A DNA stretch of 63,217 nucleotides, counting the filler, from Craspedostauros australis (Eukaryota): NCBI GenBank assembly GCA_030167865.1. It is 13 parts of 13 records of this genome, joined end to end, with 100 filler letters (N's around TTAATTAATTAA, not from the genome) between each part and the next. Parts side by side here need not be neighbours in the genome. Positions count along the whole stretch, not along the records: positions 23,094 to 28,725 come from JALAGF010006141.1; positions 28,826 to 30,239 come from JALAGF010006142.1; positions 30,340 to 34,921 come from JALAGF010006144.1; positions 35,022 to 44,727 come from JALAGF010006145.1; 9 more parts are not named here. One strand, 5' to 3'. Positions 24,979-38,252 of this stretch are shown here, piece by piece (position 1 is the first letter of the stretch; the number at the start of each line of letters is the position of its first letter). A model generated the notes under the pieces. That model was given only the letters and a program-made list of their open reading frames with translations. It was not told the DNA's origin and did not search any database. The position numbers and the translations under genes were made by a program.

Positions 24979-27900
24979 GATGAATGGAAAGCGCAACAAC
25001 AACCGCAACAAGGGAAGCGGCTTCAACGGCAAGTGCAACTACTGTGGTATCTTCGGACATCGCGAGGCGGAGTGCCGAAAGAAGAAGTTCAACGAGAAGA
25101 AGAAGGCCGACGAACAGGTCAACGCAGCAACGGAAGGACACGACAAGAGCGGGCACGAGATGGTACTCTCGGCAAAGGACATGCTGCTCTGCATGTTGGT
25201 GTCCAATGACTACATCGAAGACTCCTTCTTCGATAACTTCGAGTGCGTCGGGAGTGACGACGAAGTACAGGACGATGAGATCGTCCCGGAGTGGCTCAAC
25301 GAGGAGCCCATCATCCACGAGGTGGATCCAAGACGCGAAGTGAGCTACGAATGCTGCTTCAACGCGCACGACCTGATCGGTCCATACAGCGACGGAGCCG
25401 AGATGGGCAACGAGGCCATCGATAGTGACATCGAAGAGGCCATGAGCGAAGAGGCCGACGATGAGACCAACGAGATTGATAGAGGCCAAGACGAAACGAA
25501 CGGCGGCGCGGTGCCGCCTCCTCCAGCGGCGGGGAACAACAGATCGGGCATCTTCGACGAAGACGACAGTGACGAAACCGAAGACCATCCAGACGACAGC
25601 TTCAATCCAAACGAGCGTGTCATCTACCCACGGAACATTGAGTTCCCACCGATTGGGAATCTCAACAACTCCAACTACCTCCATCGTCATGACACCATTC
25701 CATACGGAACAGCAACAGCATTGATAATCCAGAAGCAACTCATCTTTGATGCCGTAATGGAAGCAGGAGTGAAACTGTACCCAGGAGTCGAACGAAGAGT
25801 GCTCAGACCAATATGGGTGAACATGATGGGATCGATCCTATCCGAGAACTTCAGATCAATCGAAGAGATTCTCGCCAATTCGGTTGTGATCAATCGCATA
25901 CTGGAAGCAGCCGAGACAGAGACGATCCCAGAGACAGATCTTCATTACATCCTTGGAGGATGCATGCGCGTGCTCTTACGCGAGCGATCACGCGTCCACC
26001 CATATGATCCAGCCACAGGATCTCATCGGAACAGTACGATTCCATCGGACTATGCGCAATTACCCGACGACATGGATGACAGAGATCATCATCCTCCATA
26101 CAACGAAGATGAAGTTCACGAAGACGATGATGATGGCAGCTTCGACGACGAGATAGCTGCGGCAGCTGTGGAGCAACTCCACGAGCTGAGCACCAAGTAN
26201 NNNNNNNNNNNNNNNNNNNNNNNNNNNNNNNNNNNNNNNNNNNNNNNNNNNNNNNNNNNNNNNNNNNNNNNNNNNNNNNNNNNNNNNNNNNNNATCAAGT
26301 CCTTCGTCCAAGTGGGAGACAGCACGAAGCTGGACTCTCCCAAGATGGGATCCATTCGCTTGAAGGTCAAGCAGCGAGACAACACTGGCCACACCATCCG
26401 GCTCGATGATGTGAAGTACACACCGAAAATGGCGGTGAACCTTTTCTCCACGAACAAGNNNNNNNNNNNNNNNNNNNNNNNNNNNNNNNNNNNNNNNNNN
26501 NNNNNNNNNNNNNNNNNNNNNNNNNNNNNNNNNNNNNNNNNNNNNNNNNNNNNNNNNNNNNNNNNNNNNNNNNNNNNNNNNNNNNNNNNNNNNNNNNNNN
26601 NNNNNNNNNNNNNNNNNNNNNNNNNNNNNNNNNNNTCAAGAATCCATCCAAGGAGATCAGCGCGGTGAACCTGCACCGAATGCTCGGCCACGCGCCACTC
26701 GAGACCATGAAGCGGACGGTCGCTCAATATGGATGGAAGATTATCGGCGAGATGCCGGTATGTCGCGACTGCGCGGTCGCGAACGCAAGAGTGAAGAATA
26801 TCCCGAAGGCAACCATTCCAAGAGCCACTCGCCGCGGCGAACGGCTCTTCATTGACATTAGTTACACTAAACACATAAGCTTCGGAGATAACGCTACTGG
26901 ACCCTGATCGTGGACGACTGCACGGATCACTGCTGGAGTTTCTTTCTCAAGAACAAAAGTGACCAACCAGGGTACATCAAACAATTCGTCCAGACGATCA
27001 AGTCACCGACTGGTGATCAACAAATCATCTTCCGAGGTGACAACAGCGGAGAGAACAAATCCACGCAGGATATTCTCATCGATGCAGGACTGAACGTGAA
27101 ATTCGAATTCACGGCATCGAATACGCCGCAACAGAACGGTAGAGTAGAACGCAAGTTCGCGTACCTCTACACCAAGATCCGTTCCATGCTCAACGGAGCA
27201 CAACTCGACGAAGAGTATAGGCATGGCCTGTGGGCAGCAGCTGCGAGCACTGCCACTGCCATCGCCAACATCACCGTAGCGAAGAATCAGAAGGAGTCAC
27301 CATATCGCCAATTCTTCGGCAGCAATCCACCATATGCGGATGCACTCCGCACGTTTGGAGAGGTGGGTGTTGTGAAGACTACCTACGGCGGGATTACCGC
27401 GAAACTCAAGAATAGAGGAGAAGAGATGGTGTTCATTGGATATGCACACCAACATGCATCAGGGGTCTACAACATGTACAGACCATCAACCAGGTCACTG
27501 ATCTGCTCACGCGATATCAAGTAGCTCAACCAATCATACGGACAGTTCCGTGGCTGGGCACCAGCACCGAACATATCCAACGAAGCAGGAACAACGAACG
27601 CAGACGGCTTCACAACCATCGGACGGAAGGGAGCAATGCCAAGGACGGCAACGCGTCGAACATCAGAAGCGAAGAGAGTATCTTTCACTGACAGTAACAG
27701 GTACTACATCCTATCGGACAGTGACGATGAGGATGATGAGGACGATGGAGTAGTGACTCAACTAGTCCACAATGACGAGGAAGATGGAAGTGAATCTAAT
27801 CAGGAGGATAACGAGATCCAACCATCCGGCAACGAAGCCGACGATGATGCAGGTGTTACCCCTCCGAACACACCAGCGAGATCTACACATGACACACCAT

Positions 27901-28725
27901 CCAGACCTCCACCAAGCAAACCAAGCAAGTGTGACGTGGCTAGAAAGGAGAGAATCCGACGCCACAAAGCACGAGGCAGGAAGGGAGAAGCTAATCCCAA
28001 GTCAACTGCAGGGAAGAGTATTCCCAGAGCTCTGCGTGAGCTCGCAGACTTCAATGAACGAGGTCGAAAGGAGGAAGGTTATGAGAGCAAGTCATCCTCC
28101 AGTGAAGACAGTGACGAACTGAGCGATGAGATAACCGACGAGTCTAACAACGAAACTACAGATGACGAAGAAATCGTAGACGAAGAAGAAGAGATTGAGA
28201 TCACTCACCATAGCACAACTGGATTATACGGGATGAATGCAATCATCACCGAGAGACCAGCGATCGACATCGGATTATCGATGCAGGACGAGAACAAAGA
28301 ACCAGAGAAGCACATCGAACCTACAACGTTCGACGGAGCCTTCAATCACCCAGATCCCATCCATCGGAAGGGATATCGAGCAGCCATCAAGAAGGAGTTC
28401 GACTCCATGGATACACGCAAGGTGTACAGCAAGATCAAACGAGANNNNNNNNNNNNNNNNNNNNNNNNNNNNNNNNNNNNNNNNNNNNNNNNNNNNNNNN
28501 NNNNNNNNNNNNNNNNNNNNNNNNNNNNNNNNNNNNNNNNNNNNNNNNNNGCAGGAGTAGACTTCCAAGAGCATTACTCACCCGTCATCCATGACGTGAC
28601 CTATTGGGTCATGATGGTGATCATGCTGATCAAGAAGATGAACTGCGCACTCGTCGATGTTGTAACGGCATTCCTACATGGAGACCTCGACGAGGAGATC
28701 TACATGAACTGTCCCAACGGGATGG
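23717..28725 (+). mobile_element. Ty1/copia gag-pol, family 2 (defective)
   Basis: UBN2-like gag, two CCHC knuckles (CHNCGVYGHRSVDC, CNYCGIFGHREAEC), LHRMLGH/CRDC, integrase FIDIS/RGDNSGEN/PQQNGRVER, RT HYSPV and DVVTAFLHGDLDEEIYM. Frameshift near 26890 and TGG>TAG at 27522. Confidence 0.94.
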
Positions 28726-28824
28726 NNNNNNNNNNNNNNNNNNNNNNNNNNNNNNNNNNNNNNNNNNNNTTAATTAATTAANNNNNNNNNNNNNNNNNNN
28801 NNNNNNNNNNNNNNNNNNNNNNNN

Positions 28825-30239
28825 NGACAATTGTTCGAATGCTTCGCTCGGCGATTCCATTGTGGTGATGTGCGCCGACACCTGCAAATCGATGGACTTG
28901 ATGGAATATCTCAAGGTGCTTGGAGTATTCGGGTGAAGTGAAGGTGGTGGCGTTGTCTGATAGATACGATCGTACGGGGACTCCAACATCACGACACATC
29001 AGTTCGAACCGTTCCTTGGCTTCGAGGGTGGCGTGCGTGGTTAGCGCTGCCACAGGTTCCACATGAATGTATCCTGATGCGTGATCGACGAAGATGGCTC
29101 CGCCCTTGTACATTTCGTTTGGATCGCCTTTGCCTCGTCCTGAGAAGAGGCGTCCTGGCGTTCGACCGACGAAGTGGTCCACTGATACTTGTTGCCCTGG
29201 GAACAAGTGATCGGTGCGCAAAACTCCTTGTTTGTCACGGATGACATGTTGAGTTATTCCTGGGGAAGGGCGACAGTGCAGCTTTCCGAATTGGCATGCG
29301 GCGTAGAGCGGAAGGCTTGTGACCCTTGCCGCAGCTGTATGCATCTTTCTAGACGATTCTGACCCAGTGAGCGTACCCGAATGTAGCAGGAACTTCACTC
29401 GACTGAAGGATAAGTGTCCGAGACGATAGTGCCACCGAAGAAGTTCCTTTTGCGGTTGGGTGAGGTTCACGTTGTGGTCCGACACGGTAGAGACGATGGA
29501 CGTTAGTGCAGCTGGCACATCATGGATGTTGTCGGCGCTGTAGCCGACGGATGTTGGCAGCCTTGTGGATTTCTTGTAGTTCGCTACGATTGCATTGCGA
29601 TCGTCGCTTCCCAGGATTCCGCTGAGTTTACAGGAGGACTTGTCGAATACGATAGTTTCTCCCTGATACTCTTCGAGAAGACTGGAAGTGCTGATTAGCT
29701 TGACCTTCGATTCGGGAACATGGAAAGCAGGCAGTCGCNNNNNNNNNNNNNNNNNNNNNNNNNNNNNNNNNNNNNNNNNNNNNNNNNNCACTTGGATTTT
29801 CTTGAGGAATCCGTTGAGAAAGGTCGGTCTTGGTGGAGGACTTGGAGTAGAACAGAAATCGTTGAGGTCATTCGTCACAGAAATTGATGCTCCGCTGTCC
29901 CATACGAGTTCGAATGGAGCATCGGGCGAGAGATAACTCTCAGCTTTAGCTGGAGATGCGAAAGCGTTGCGATTGGTGAAGTAAGATGCTAGACCTTGCA
30001 GAGTGAGTAGTGCGGGCATGTCATTGTCACATTGTTGCTTTTGGTTTCGATCATACATCAAGTCGATTCCGCGAGTTGGGTACAGGCTCCAGAGATTTCG
30101 TGAGATGGATGAGGTGCGACCTTCCTGGCGGGGCAATTTTGATGTCGTGGGTGTGTGGTTTTTACCATAAGTGGAATTTTTCGATTGATTCCAGTGACGA
30201 CGTTTTGATCTGTGATTGCGAGATTTGGTCCGAGCCTGG
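28825..30239 (-). mobile_element. Second copy of copia family 1 (protease-integrase region)
   Basis: Protein nearly identical to that encoded at 10600-12420. Confidence 0.93.
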
Positions 30240-30790
30240 NNNNNNNNNNNNNNNNNNNNNNNNNNNNNNNNNNNNNNNNNNNNTTAATTAATTAANNNNN
30301 NNNNNNNNNNNNNNNNNNNNNNNNNNNNNNNNNNNNNNNACTTTCCGACCAATACGTTTATGGTATCATTGCGATGGGACTATCAACTGTTTCGCGTTGT
30401 TGTGGCTCATCACAAATACCTCCCAAAGAATTCCGATTCATGTGGAAAATTGACAAAAATAGTTTTTGCAAAATTCCAACAACGAAACAAGGACGGAAGT
30501 GTTCCTTTGATGTGAACCATGACGCAGCGCCATCAACAATGCAAACATCAACACTAGGATTGGCATTGACAAAGACAATGATATCAACTCTGCTATTGAG
30601 TCCAACTGTGCACAGGCTTGTGCTATCGAATAGAATCAACCCATGCACTGTATAGTGCTTGGAACGACGACGTCCTGGACACATTTAACCAAGATTTCAA
30701 TGATACACATGCAAGGGTGCACATCCAACAATACAGACCCACCTGCTTCATTGGAGGTGATGGCAACAGCAAGATTTCCGGTTGTATGCA

Positions 30791-32194
30791 TGTTGGCAAG
30801 TTCCACTCATGGAAGCCTACGATCGTGGAAGATGGTATTGGTTGATAGTTGTTCGTTTGCTATTTCATTTCGTTGGCACTCCGATCCTCTCGGTGTACGC
30901 CCGTTCTCTTGCAAAATGCTCTCGGCGCTTCAATCTGTTTTGTAGATTCGGTCTCCGACTATGAGTCGGTATGCAAGATGCTCTCTCGCTCCTCTCTGTA
31001 TTCTCTCTCTCTCTCTCTGTCTCAGCATCGCGTGCTTTGTGTTACGCGATACTACATGTTCGATGCGTATTCCGCATTCGACACTCCGTTCATTCAGTAC
31101 TGGTTCCTACTCCATGAGTACTTACCATTTGAAGTTCATCTCCTGTATCCATAATCTTGATGCCCTTCAGTCATTCGGATCTTTGCCTCCGGCTCTGACT
31201 TGGAGACAGATGTCAACGTGGTGACACGATGACATCCTGTTGACGTCAGTAGGCGTCCTTCTGCTCTCCAGATGTCACNTTCCATTGGTGATGCAGCAGT
31301 CTGTCAGATGATATCGTCATCTGAGGTTTAGTTGGGAAGTACCTTGAGATTCTCTTGGTACCATTGATGGATGGACGGACGATATTTCCAATTCTCTCAG
31401 AAATCGTCGATTTCAAATTTCCTCCAGAAATTCTGCTCATTTTTGTGTGTTCCAGTTGAAGTTCATCTAAAGAACGGACTACTTTTCACTCAGTGTGTTC
31501 CTTGTCGCACCTTGAAATTATTTTGGCGCGAAATTTNNNNNNNNNNNNNNNNNNNNNNNNNNNNNNNNNNNNNNNNNNNNNNNNNNNNNNNNNNNNNNNN
31601 NNNNNNNNNNNNNNNNNNNNNNNNNNNNNNNNNNNNNNNNNNNNNNNNNNNNNNNNNNNNNNNNNNNNNNNNNNNNNNNNNNNNNNNNNNNNNNNNNNNN
31701 NNNNNNNNNNNAACCTGACAACCTTGCATGACAACAGCCAAGAGATCCTCCCTGCTTCAACACATGCAGGGAATCTTACACCAATTCCCTCGGCCCGACA
31801 ACCTGTGTTCTCGATCTCAACCTCAATCAAGGTGTCAAGGCTTAGTACTCGAACGTAGAACTACTACGACGAGATACTGGAGAAAGAGAGGAAGAGAGGA
31901 CCCATCCACCCTCAGCATTGAACCTCTGAAGGTCAGTGCAGAGCCGCACCATTCAGACTGACTATCGTTTCTTCATCCTGCATCTCAATCTGATCAACTC
32001 ACAATGCAGACTATTCAAATAACAAATAGCACAACTCAAGATCAGCACTACAACACTCATCTACTTCATTGTCACACACTACTAATCTCTAGACGGTTGC
32101 CCCACGTTGACTTCATCATCAGATTCCTTGAATCTGGCAGTCAGCTAGGCCATCCCTTCCGGATCGTGTCATAACAGCACACGAAAATCCAACT
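30791..32194 (-). mobile_element. Probably full-length LTR of family A, about 1.4 kb (AGTTGG...CCAACA on the minus strand), with an internal gap
   Basis: The left part is the reverse complement of 23094-23635; the right part is the reverse complement of 44408-44727. Confidence 0.7.
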
Positions 32195-32342
32195 GTTCCA
32201 TTTCTGTTGTAATTCTGACGAATCACAACATACTATCGACACGAATGTAGTTATATCGTCCAAGTGCGTATGAGAGAATAGCAGGTGAACGATGCACATA
32301 TACACGTACATCTCGACATATACTCACATGTACATCTCGACA
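32194..32342 (-). mobile_element. Short LTR-like repeat, family C
   Basis: Matches 5000-5148. Confidence 0.75.
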
Positions 32343-34921
32343 GACACGACAAGAGCGGCCACGAGATGGTGCTCTCGGCAAGAGACACGCCGCTCTGCAT
32401 GGAGGTGTCCGACGACATCGAGGACTCATTCTTTGACAACTTCCAACACTTCAAGAACGACGACGAAGTATGCGACGACGAGGTCATACCAGAATGGCTC
32501 AGCGAGGAGCCAATCATCCACGAGGTGGATCCACGCCATGAAGTCAGCTACGAGTGCTGCTTCAACGTGAACTACATCATTCATCCACCCGGCGACGGAG
32601 CCGAGATGGGAACAGAGGCCATTGATATCAAGATCGAAGCAGCCGCGAACGCAGACGATGCTGGCGCCAACAAGAACGGCGCGGATCGTGACAACAAAGA
32701 CGTCTCCGGCGACGAGACGAACGGCGGCAAGGCGCCGCCTCCTCCAGCAGCGGGGAACAATAGAACAGGCATCGTCGACGAAGACAGCAGCAACAAATCG
32801 GTAGAGGAAGACCGGTTCAATCCAAACAAACAGGTCATCTACCCAATGGACATCCAATTCCCACCAGTTGCAGATCCCAGAAGATCGGACGACATCTATT
32901 GACATGACACGATCCCATACCCAACAGTGACAGCAGAGACAGTGCAATGACAACTCATCCATGATGCAGTGATGGCAGCAGGGATGCAACTATTCCCAGG
33001 GATCGCCAATGGAGGATTACTATACGTATGGACGAGCATGATGGGCACCATACTGTCCGAGAACTTCAAATCAATCGAGGAGATCCTTGCCAACTCAGTC
33101 ATCATCAACCGTTTGTTGGAAGGAGTGAATGAGGAGCCCATTCCAGAGACAGAGTTGCACTACATTCTTGGAGGGTGCGTGCAGGTGCTCCTGCGCGAGC
33201 GACCACAAGTCACACCCTATGATCTGGTGACAGGAACCCACCAAGAAGACACATGGCCAGCAGCGGTCACAGAGCCAAACTACTATGGCATGGACGATGA
33301 AGACAGGAATCCCTATGACGAAGATGGAGTCCATGAAGACGACATGGCAGCGGCTGCCATGAAACCGCTCCATGAGCTGAGCACCAAGTACAAGGACAAG
33401 GTCATCAAGGACACCTGGCTTGCTGACAGCGGAGCTTTGTGTCACATCATCAACTCAGACGCCGCTCTCTTCAACGTGCGGCACATCAAGTCCTTCGTCC
33501 AAGTGGGAGACAGCACGAAGCTGGACTCTCCCAAGATGGGATCCATTTGCTTGAAGGTCAAGCAGCGAGACAACACTGGTCACATCATCCGACTCGACGA
33601 TGTGAAGTACACACCCAAGATGTGGGTGAACCATTTCTCTACGAACAAGGCGCTGTACAACGGCTACCAGATCGGTAACAACGCCATTGTGATGGACATC
33701 ATCAATGGATCCAGAAAGAAGATCATCTTCAATTGTGTCTTCCCCACATCCAACGGATTCATCATGGGAGTGCAGATGCATCCCATCATACCAACGGACG
33801 ACGACAAGGCTTGCATAGCCATCGTCAAGAGTCCATCCAAGGAGGTGAGCGCAAGGAACTTGCACTGAATGCTCGGTCATGTGCAACTCGAAACCATGAA
33901 GTGGACAGCCGCCTAATACGGATGGAAGATCATCGGCGAGATGCCGGTATGTTGCGACTGCGCGGTCGCGAACGCGAGAGTGAATAATATGTCAATGGCC
34001 AGAATCACACGAGCGACTCGCCACAGCAAACGCTTCTTCATCAACATTAGTTACACTAAACACATAGCTTCGGAGATAAACGCTACTGGACCCTGATCGT
34101 GGACGGCTGCATGGACCACTGCTGGAGTTTCTTTCTCAAGAACAAGAGTGACCAACCAGGGCACATCAAACGATTCGTCCACACGATCAAATCACAGACA
34201 GGTGATCAACAAATCATCTTCTGAGGAGACAACAGCGGAGAGAACAAATCCACACAGGATACTCTCATCNNNNNNNNNNNNNNNNNNNNNNNNNNNNNNN
34301 NNNNNNNNNNNNNNNNNNNNNNNNNNNNNNNNNNNNNNNNNNNNNNNNNNNNNNNNNNNNNNNNNNNNNNNNNNNNNNNNNNNNNNNGCAAGTTCGCGTA
34401 CCTCTACACCAAGATCCGCTCCATGCTCAACGGAGCACAGCTCGACGAAGAATATAGGCATGGCCTGTGGGAAGCAGCTGTGATCACTGTCACTGCCATT
34501 GCCAACATCACCATAGCGAAGAACCAGAAAGCATCGCCACATCGCCAATTCTTTGACAGCGATCCACCATATGCCAATTCACTTTGAACATTCGGAGAGG
34601 TGGGTGTTGTGAAGACTACCTACAGCAGGATCACTGCCAAGCTCAAGAATAGAGGTGAAGAAATGGTGTTCATTGGATATGCACACAAACATGCATCAGG
34701 AGTGTACAATATGTACAGACCATCAACCAATTCACTGGTCTGTTCCTGCAACATCAAGTGGCTCAACCAATCATACAGACAGTTCCATGGCTGGGCACAA
34801 GCACCAAACACACTCAACGATGTAGTAATGACGGACACAGACGGCTTCACAACCATTGGATGGAAGGGAGCAACACCAAGGACAACAATGCGTCGAACAT
34901 CAGAAGCGAAGAGAGTATCCT
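32343..34921 (+). pseudogene. Degenerate copy of copia family 2 (extra domain, protease WLADSGA, integrase)
   Basis: Colinear with about 25137-27680. Several stops, some from CGA>TGA. Confidence 0.9.
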
Positions 34922-35021
34922 NNNNNNNNNNNNNNNNNNNNNNNNNNNNNNNNNNNNNNNNNNNNTTAATTAATTAANNNNNNNNNNNNNNNNNNNNNNN
35001 NNNNNNNNNNNNNNNNNNNNN

Positions 35022-36728
35022 GCCATCTTGTGATTGAACTGTTCCAGCTCCTCATTTGTTTCTGTCAGAACAACCCGTCCCGTGACCAGCGAGGCGAAGA
35101 ACCAAGCCAGAACGTCGGCATCGAACATCGGCTTGTACGTAATTTGGTCTATGAACATCATTTTGCGGTTGGTGATCTGCGTGTAGAGCAGGTCAGGTAA
35201 AACGTGAAGTGAGTGGATACCGTTGAGATGAAGCAGACTCACACAACATGTATAAGCACAAACACAAGCAGAGGTGGAACAGAGTTGCGTTGTATTGCAG
35301 ACGGGGGATGACTGTAAGAATGTGTCGATACATCAATGTGGTGGGCGTTCAACATCCGATCACGGCAGCGGTGATGTTGGGTCGCACCTGCGTGGTCACA
35401 TCATGGGTTAAGAAAATCATCAGCGTCGCAGGGCGCTGAGGACTGACAGATTGACGTACCTTGACGCCATAAAAAAAGTCGAGGAGGTGCTCGGCTGAGT
35501 AGACGCACTCCTCAGCCTTGACATCAATGCCGAATTTTCTGAGAGGATCCATCTCCATCTTCCAATCGTCTGGAACAACGAGTTTAGTGAACTTCGACTT
35601 GCCATCACCACGATGAAGCTCAGGGCGGAGTGACGGGTGCAGCATGCTCACACCAGCACCATACCCAGTGCAGAAGATGATCGTGTCAACATTCTGAATG
35701 GGAGGGAGCTCCTCGGCCTCCTCGTCGAGAAGGTACTCGCCCGGCCATTCCCAGCGCACGCGTTCGAGGAAGATGGTGTTCTCATTGGTGGTCTTGAGCT
35801 GCGCTCCGACGTGGATCGTCACCCGATTGCCTGGCCAGCACGTGTTGTCTAGGATGTCTGGCTCCGAGGACCGCGATAGGATGTGCACATGGTTGGTGCC
35901 AAGCTTGACAAGCTGGTTTCCCAGATCCTCGGCTGAGTAAGCAGCTCCGACCAGGACAACGTTCTTGCCCTTCAGGTCTTGCTCGAGGCAGGCCGAGTCA
36001 GCAGAATGGAAGATGGTCCCAGTGAAGCCACCCTCCTTGATCCTCTGCAGCGGTTGCTTGGGGATGTTCTGCTTGCCATTGTTTCCGCCGGCCCAAACGC
36101 AGTAGTCAAAGAGCTGGGTCTTCTTGTCCGACAGCTCCATGTTCTCCGTCGTGACCTCGAACTTGTCGAGATCCTCCTTCCATTCGACACTGAGCACCTT
36201 GGTGTTGACTTGGACGAAGCGCTCGAAGAAGTCGGGGCACTTCCTGGTGACTCGCGCCGTGATGTAGTCCAGCACGGTCTGGCGCTTCAGGTACACTGTG
36301 ATCTGCTCGTTGGCATCCTTGTTCTCGTTTTCGCTATCGTTCCCGCCGCCGTTGAGGTGCTCGTCGAAGGTGTAGTCGTACATCTCCATGGCGAGCGACG
36401 GTCCGTTGGTCCAGAGATTGTCGTACATGGCAACCTTCGTGTCATCAGGCGCATTTTCGGCATTGTCCGCAGTCGTCTTGTTGCTGGCCTTCCGCCACAC
36501 GCCGCCGTGGCTGGACGCTGCCTCGAAACATTGCACATCGTACTCGCAGTCAAAGAAGGGCTCTGCAGATCCTTGCTCCGACTTTTGCTCACCTTCCTTC
36601 GATGCGCGCTGTTCCTGGATGATCTTGTTGATGTTGTGGCAGAAGAACATGCCTCCAGGCCCACAGCCGATCACGCAGACGCTGCGCTTGGGCAAGGTGG
36701 TGCCGTCCTTTCCTGTCATCGATGTCAT
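35022..36728 (-). CDS. FMO: Flavin-containing monooxygenase (class B); exons 36728-35460 and 35176-<35022, 3'-truncated
   Basis: FAD motif VIGCGPGG, GGVW, MYDNLWTN, fingerprint FTGTIFHSADS, NADPH motif VGAAYSAED and IFCTGY. GTACGT..CAG intron at 35459-35177. Confidence 0.9.
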
Positions 36729-38252
36729 CTTGGTTGCTTTGCTTGCTTGCGCTCTTGGTTGTGATTGTAATTGTGAACTTGGTTGTGACTTTGGATGTGA
36801 CGAAGGGCTGTGCTGTTCTCGTCCGAACTTGCTGGCGGAGAGAGGTGGATACGCTTGCGACCTCGGAGTTGGGTACGATCTACTGTGCACCCGATACTCA
36901 TGCGTGTGAGGCGCATGTATCAGCGGAGTGACCTGGCCTTCATTGTTTCGTGCATGAAGGATTGGACGTGATTTCGCGCGCCGATGCTGTTGTGCGAGCA
37001 ACACAGTTTTCGTGCTTCGCGTTGTTGTCTTCTTCGCTTTTCCTCCATGATTGCGTGGTTGGCGTTGAATTGCATGTGTTCCCCTCCCCCTGTCAAATGC
37101 GAAATGTCCACAAACGTCTGACGTATCTGCCGTTTCTGCGCAGAACGCTTTGGTGGATCGATTTGATCTGCGCTGCCAGAGACGGAGGCGCCAAGTTTGG
37201 CACAGCACTGTGCCACTGACACCACGCTTGTGAAGCGAAATGCCCACCGTCCGATAGTGTCTCCACCGCGGACAACCGAGGGAGTCACAGTTGTGGTTGG
37301 GACAAGCTTGATCCGGGACTGATACGGGACTCATCTGTTGAAGTCGTGTGCATCGCATTTGGGACATCCACCGACTACCGGGATGGACGTCTACCACGTG
37401 CGTGGTGTGTGGTTGAACTTGTTAGCTGCAACCAGCTAAACCCGTAGCTCATTAACACCAGCTGCCTGTCTGACTCGCCATCTTGCAGATCCAGTGCCTG
37501 CCTTGAAGCATATCCATGCAAGGACCAAGCCCTGCTCTTCAACGTGGCATCTCTGACACCTCCATCTGCAGACCAATAACAACGCATCACCGCTCGACCA
37601 GAACGGCTGAAGCACGACAGCATGCTCCCTACCTTTTTACTCGGTCGCCCCATCAATAGTCAGCTTAACACCATAAAACAAGCAATCAGAAACATTCTTC
37701 ACAGCTTGCTTCCGAGTCCACTACATTTACATCATCGTCTGACATAGCTTTGTTCTCAACATCAAACGGTATAAAACAGGTTGAAGGACAGACCATACTC
37801 CTGACAACGTGCAAAAGGCACGGAACACCAACCGCCGTTCTCCATTTTTCAGTGTTTTTTGTGACGCGAGTTGGCACGGAGGACTCCAACATTACCGTTG
37901 TTGTGGTCGTTGAATGGATTGTTGTCGGTGATCGATCATACAGCTGAGGAGCGAATGGTAGCACAGAAAGTCAGGAGTAGAGTATATCACAAGATATGTG
38001 TGCTATTGGGTTGGTGTGTAACATGCGTTGCATGTGTATTACCATGTCAGTTCATGCTGTTATTAGGGCTGGATGCGATGTCGTACGTTGACTAGAGTTC
38101 GGTGTGTAGGTTTTGGACCCCACTTAGCGAATGCTACTCTGGGTGTGACCGCAGCCTTCCGGCATCGAACCAGTCCACCAGTTGCACTGACTTTTGACGA
38201 ATCTATCCCAACTCCATGTTATGCACTTCCTGATCCCCAATAGTACCGCCCA

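Noticed and set aside
36729..37397. N-terminal extension of about 220 aa in the 682-aa FMO ORF
   Set aside because: It starts at a non-ATG codon and reads like promoter/UTR sequence. FMO homology begins just after the ATG at 36728.
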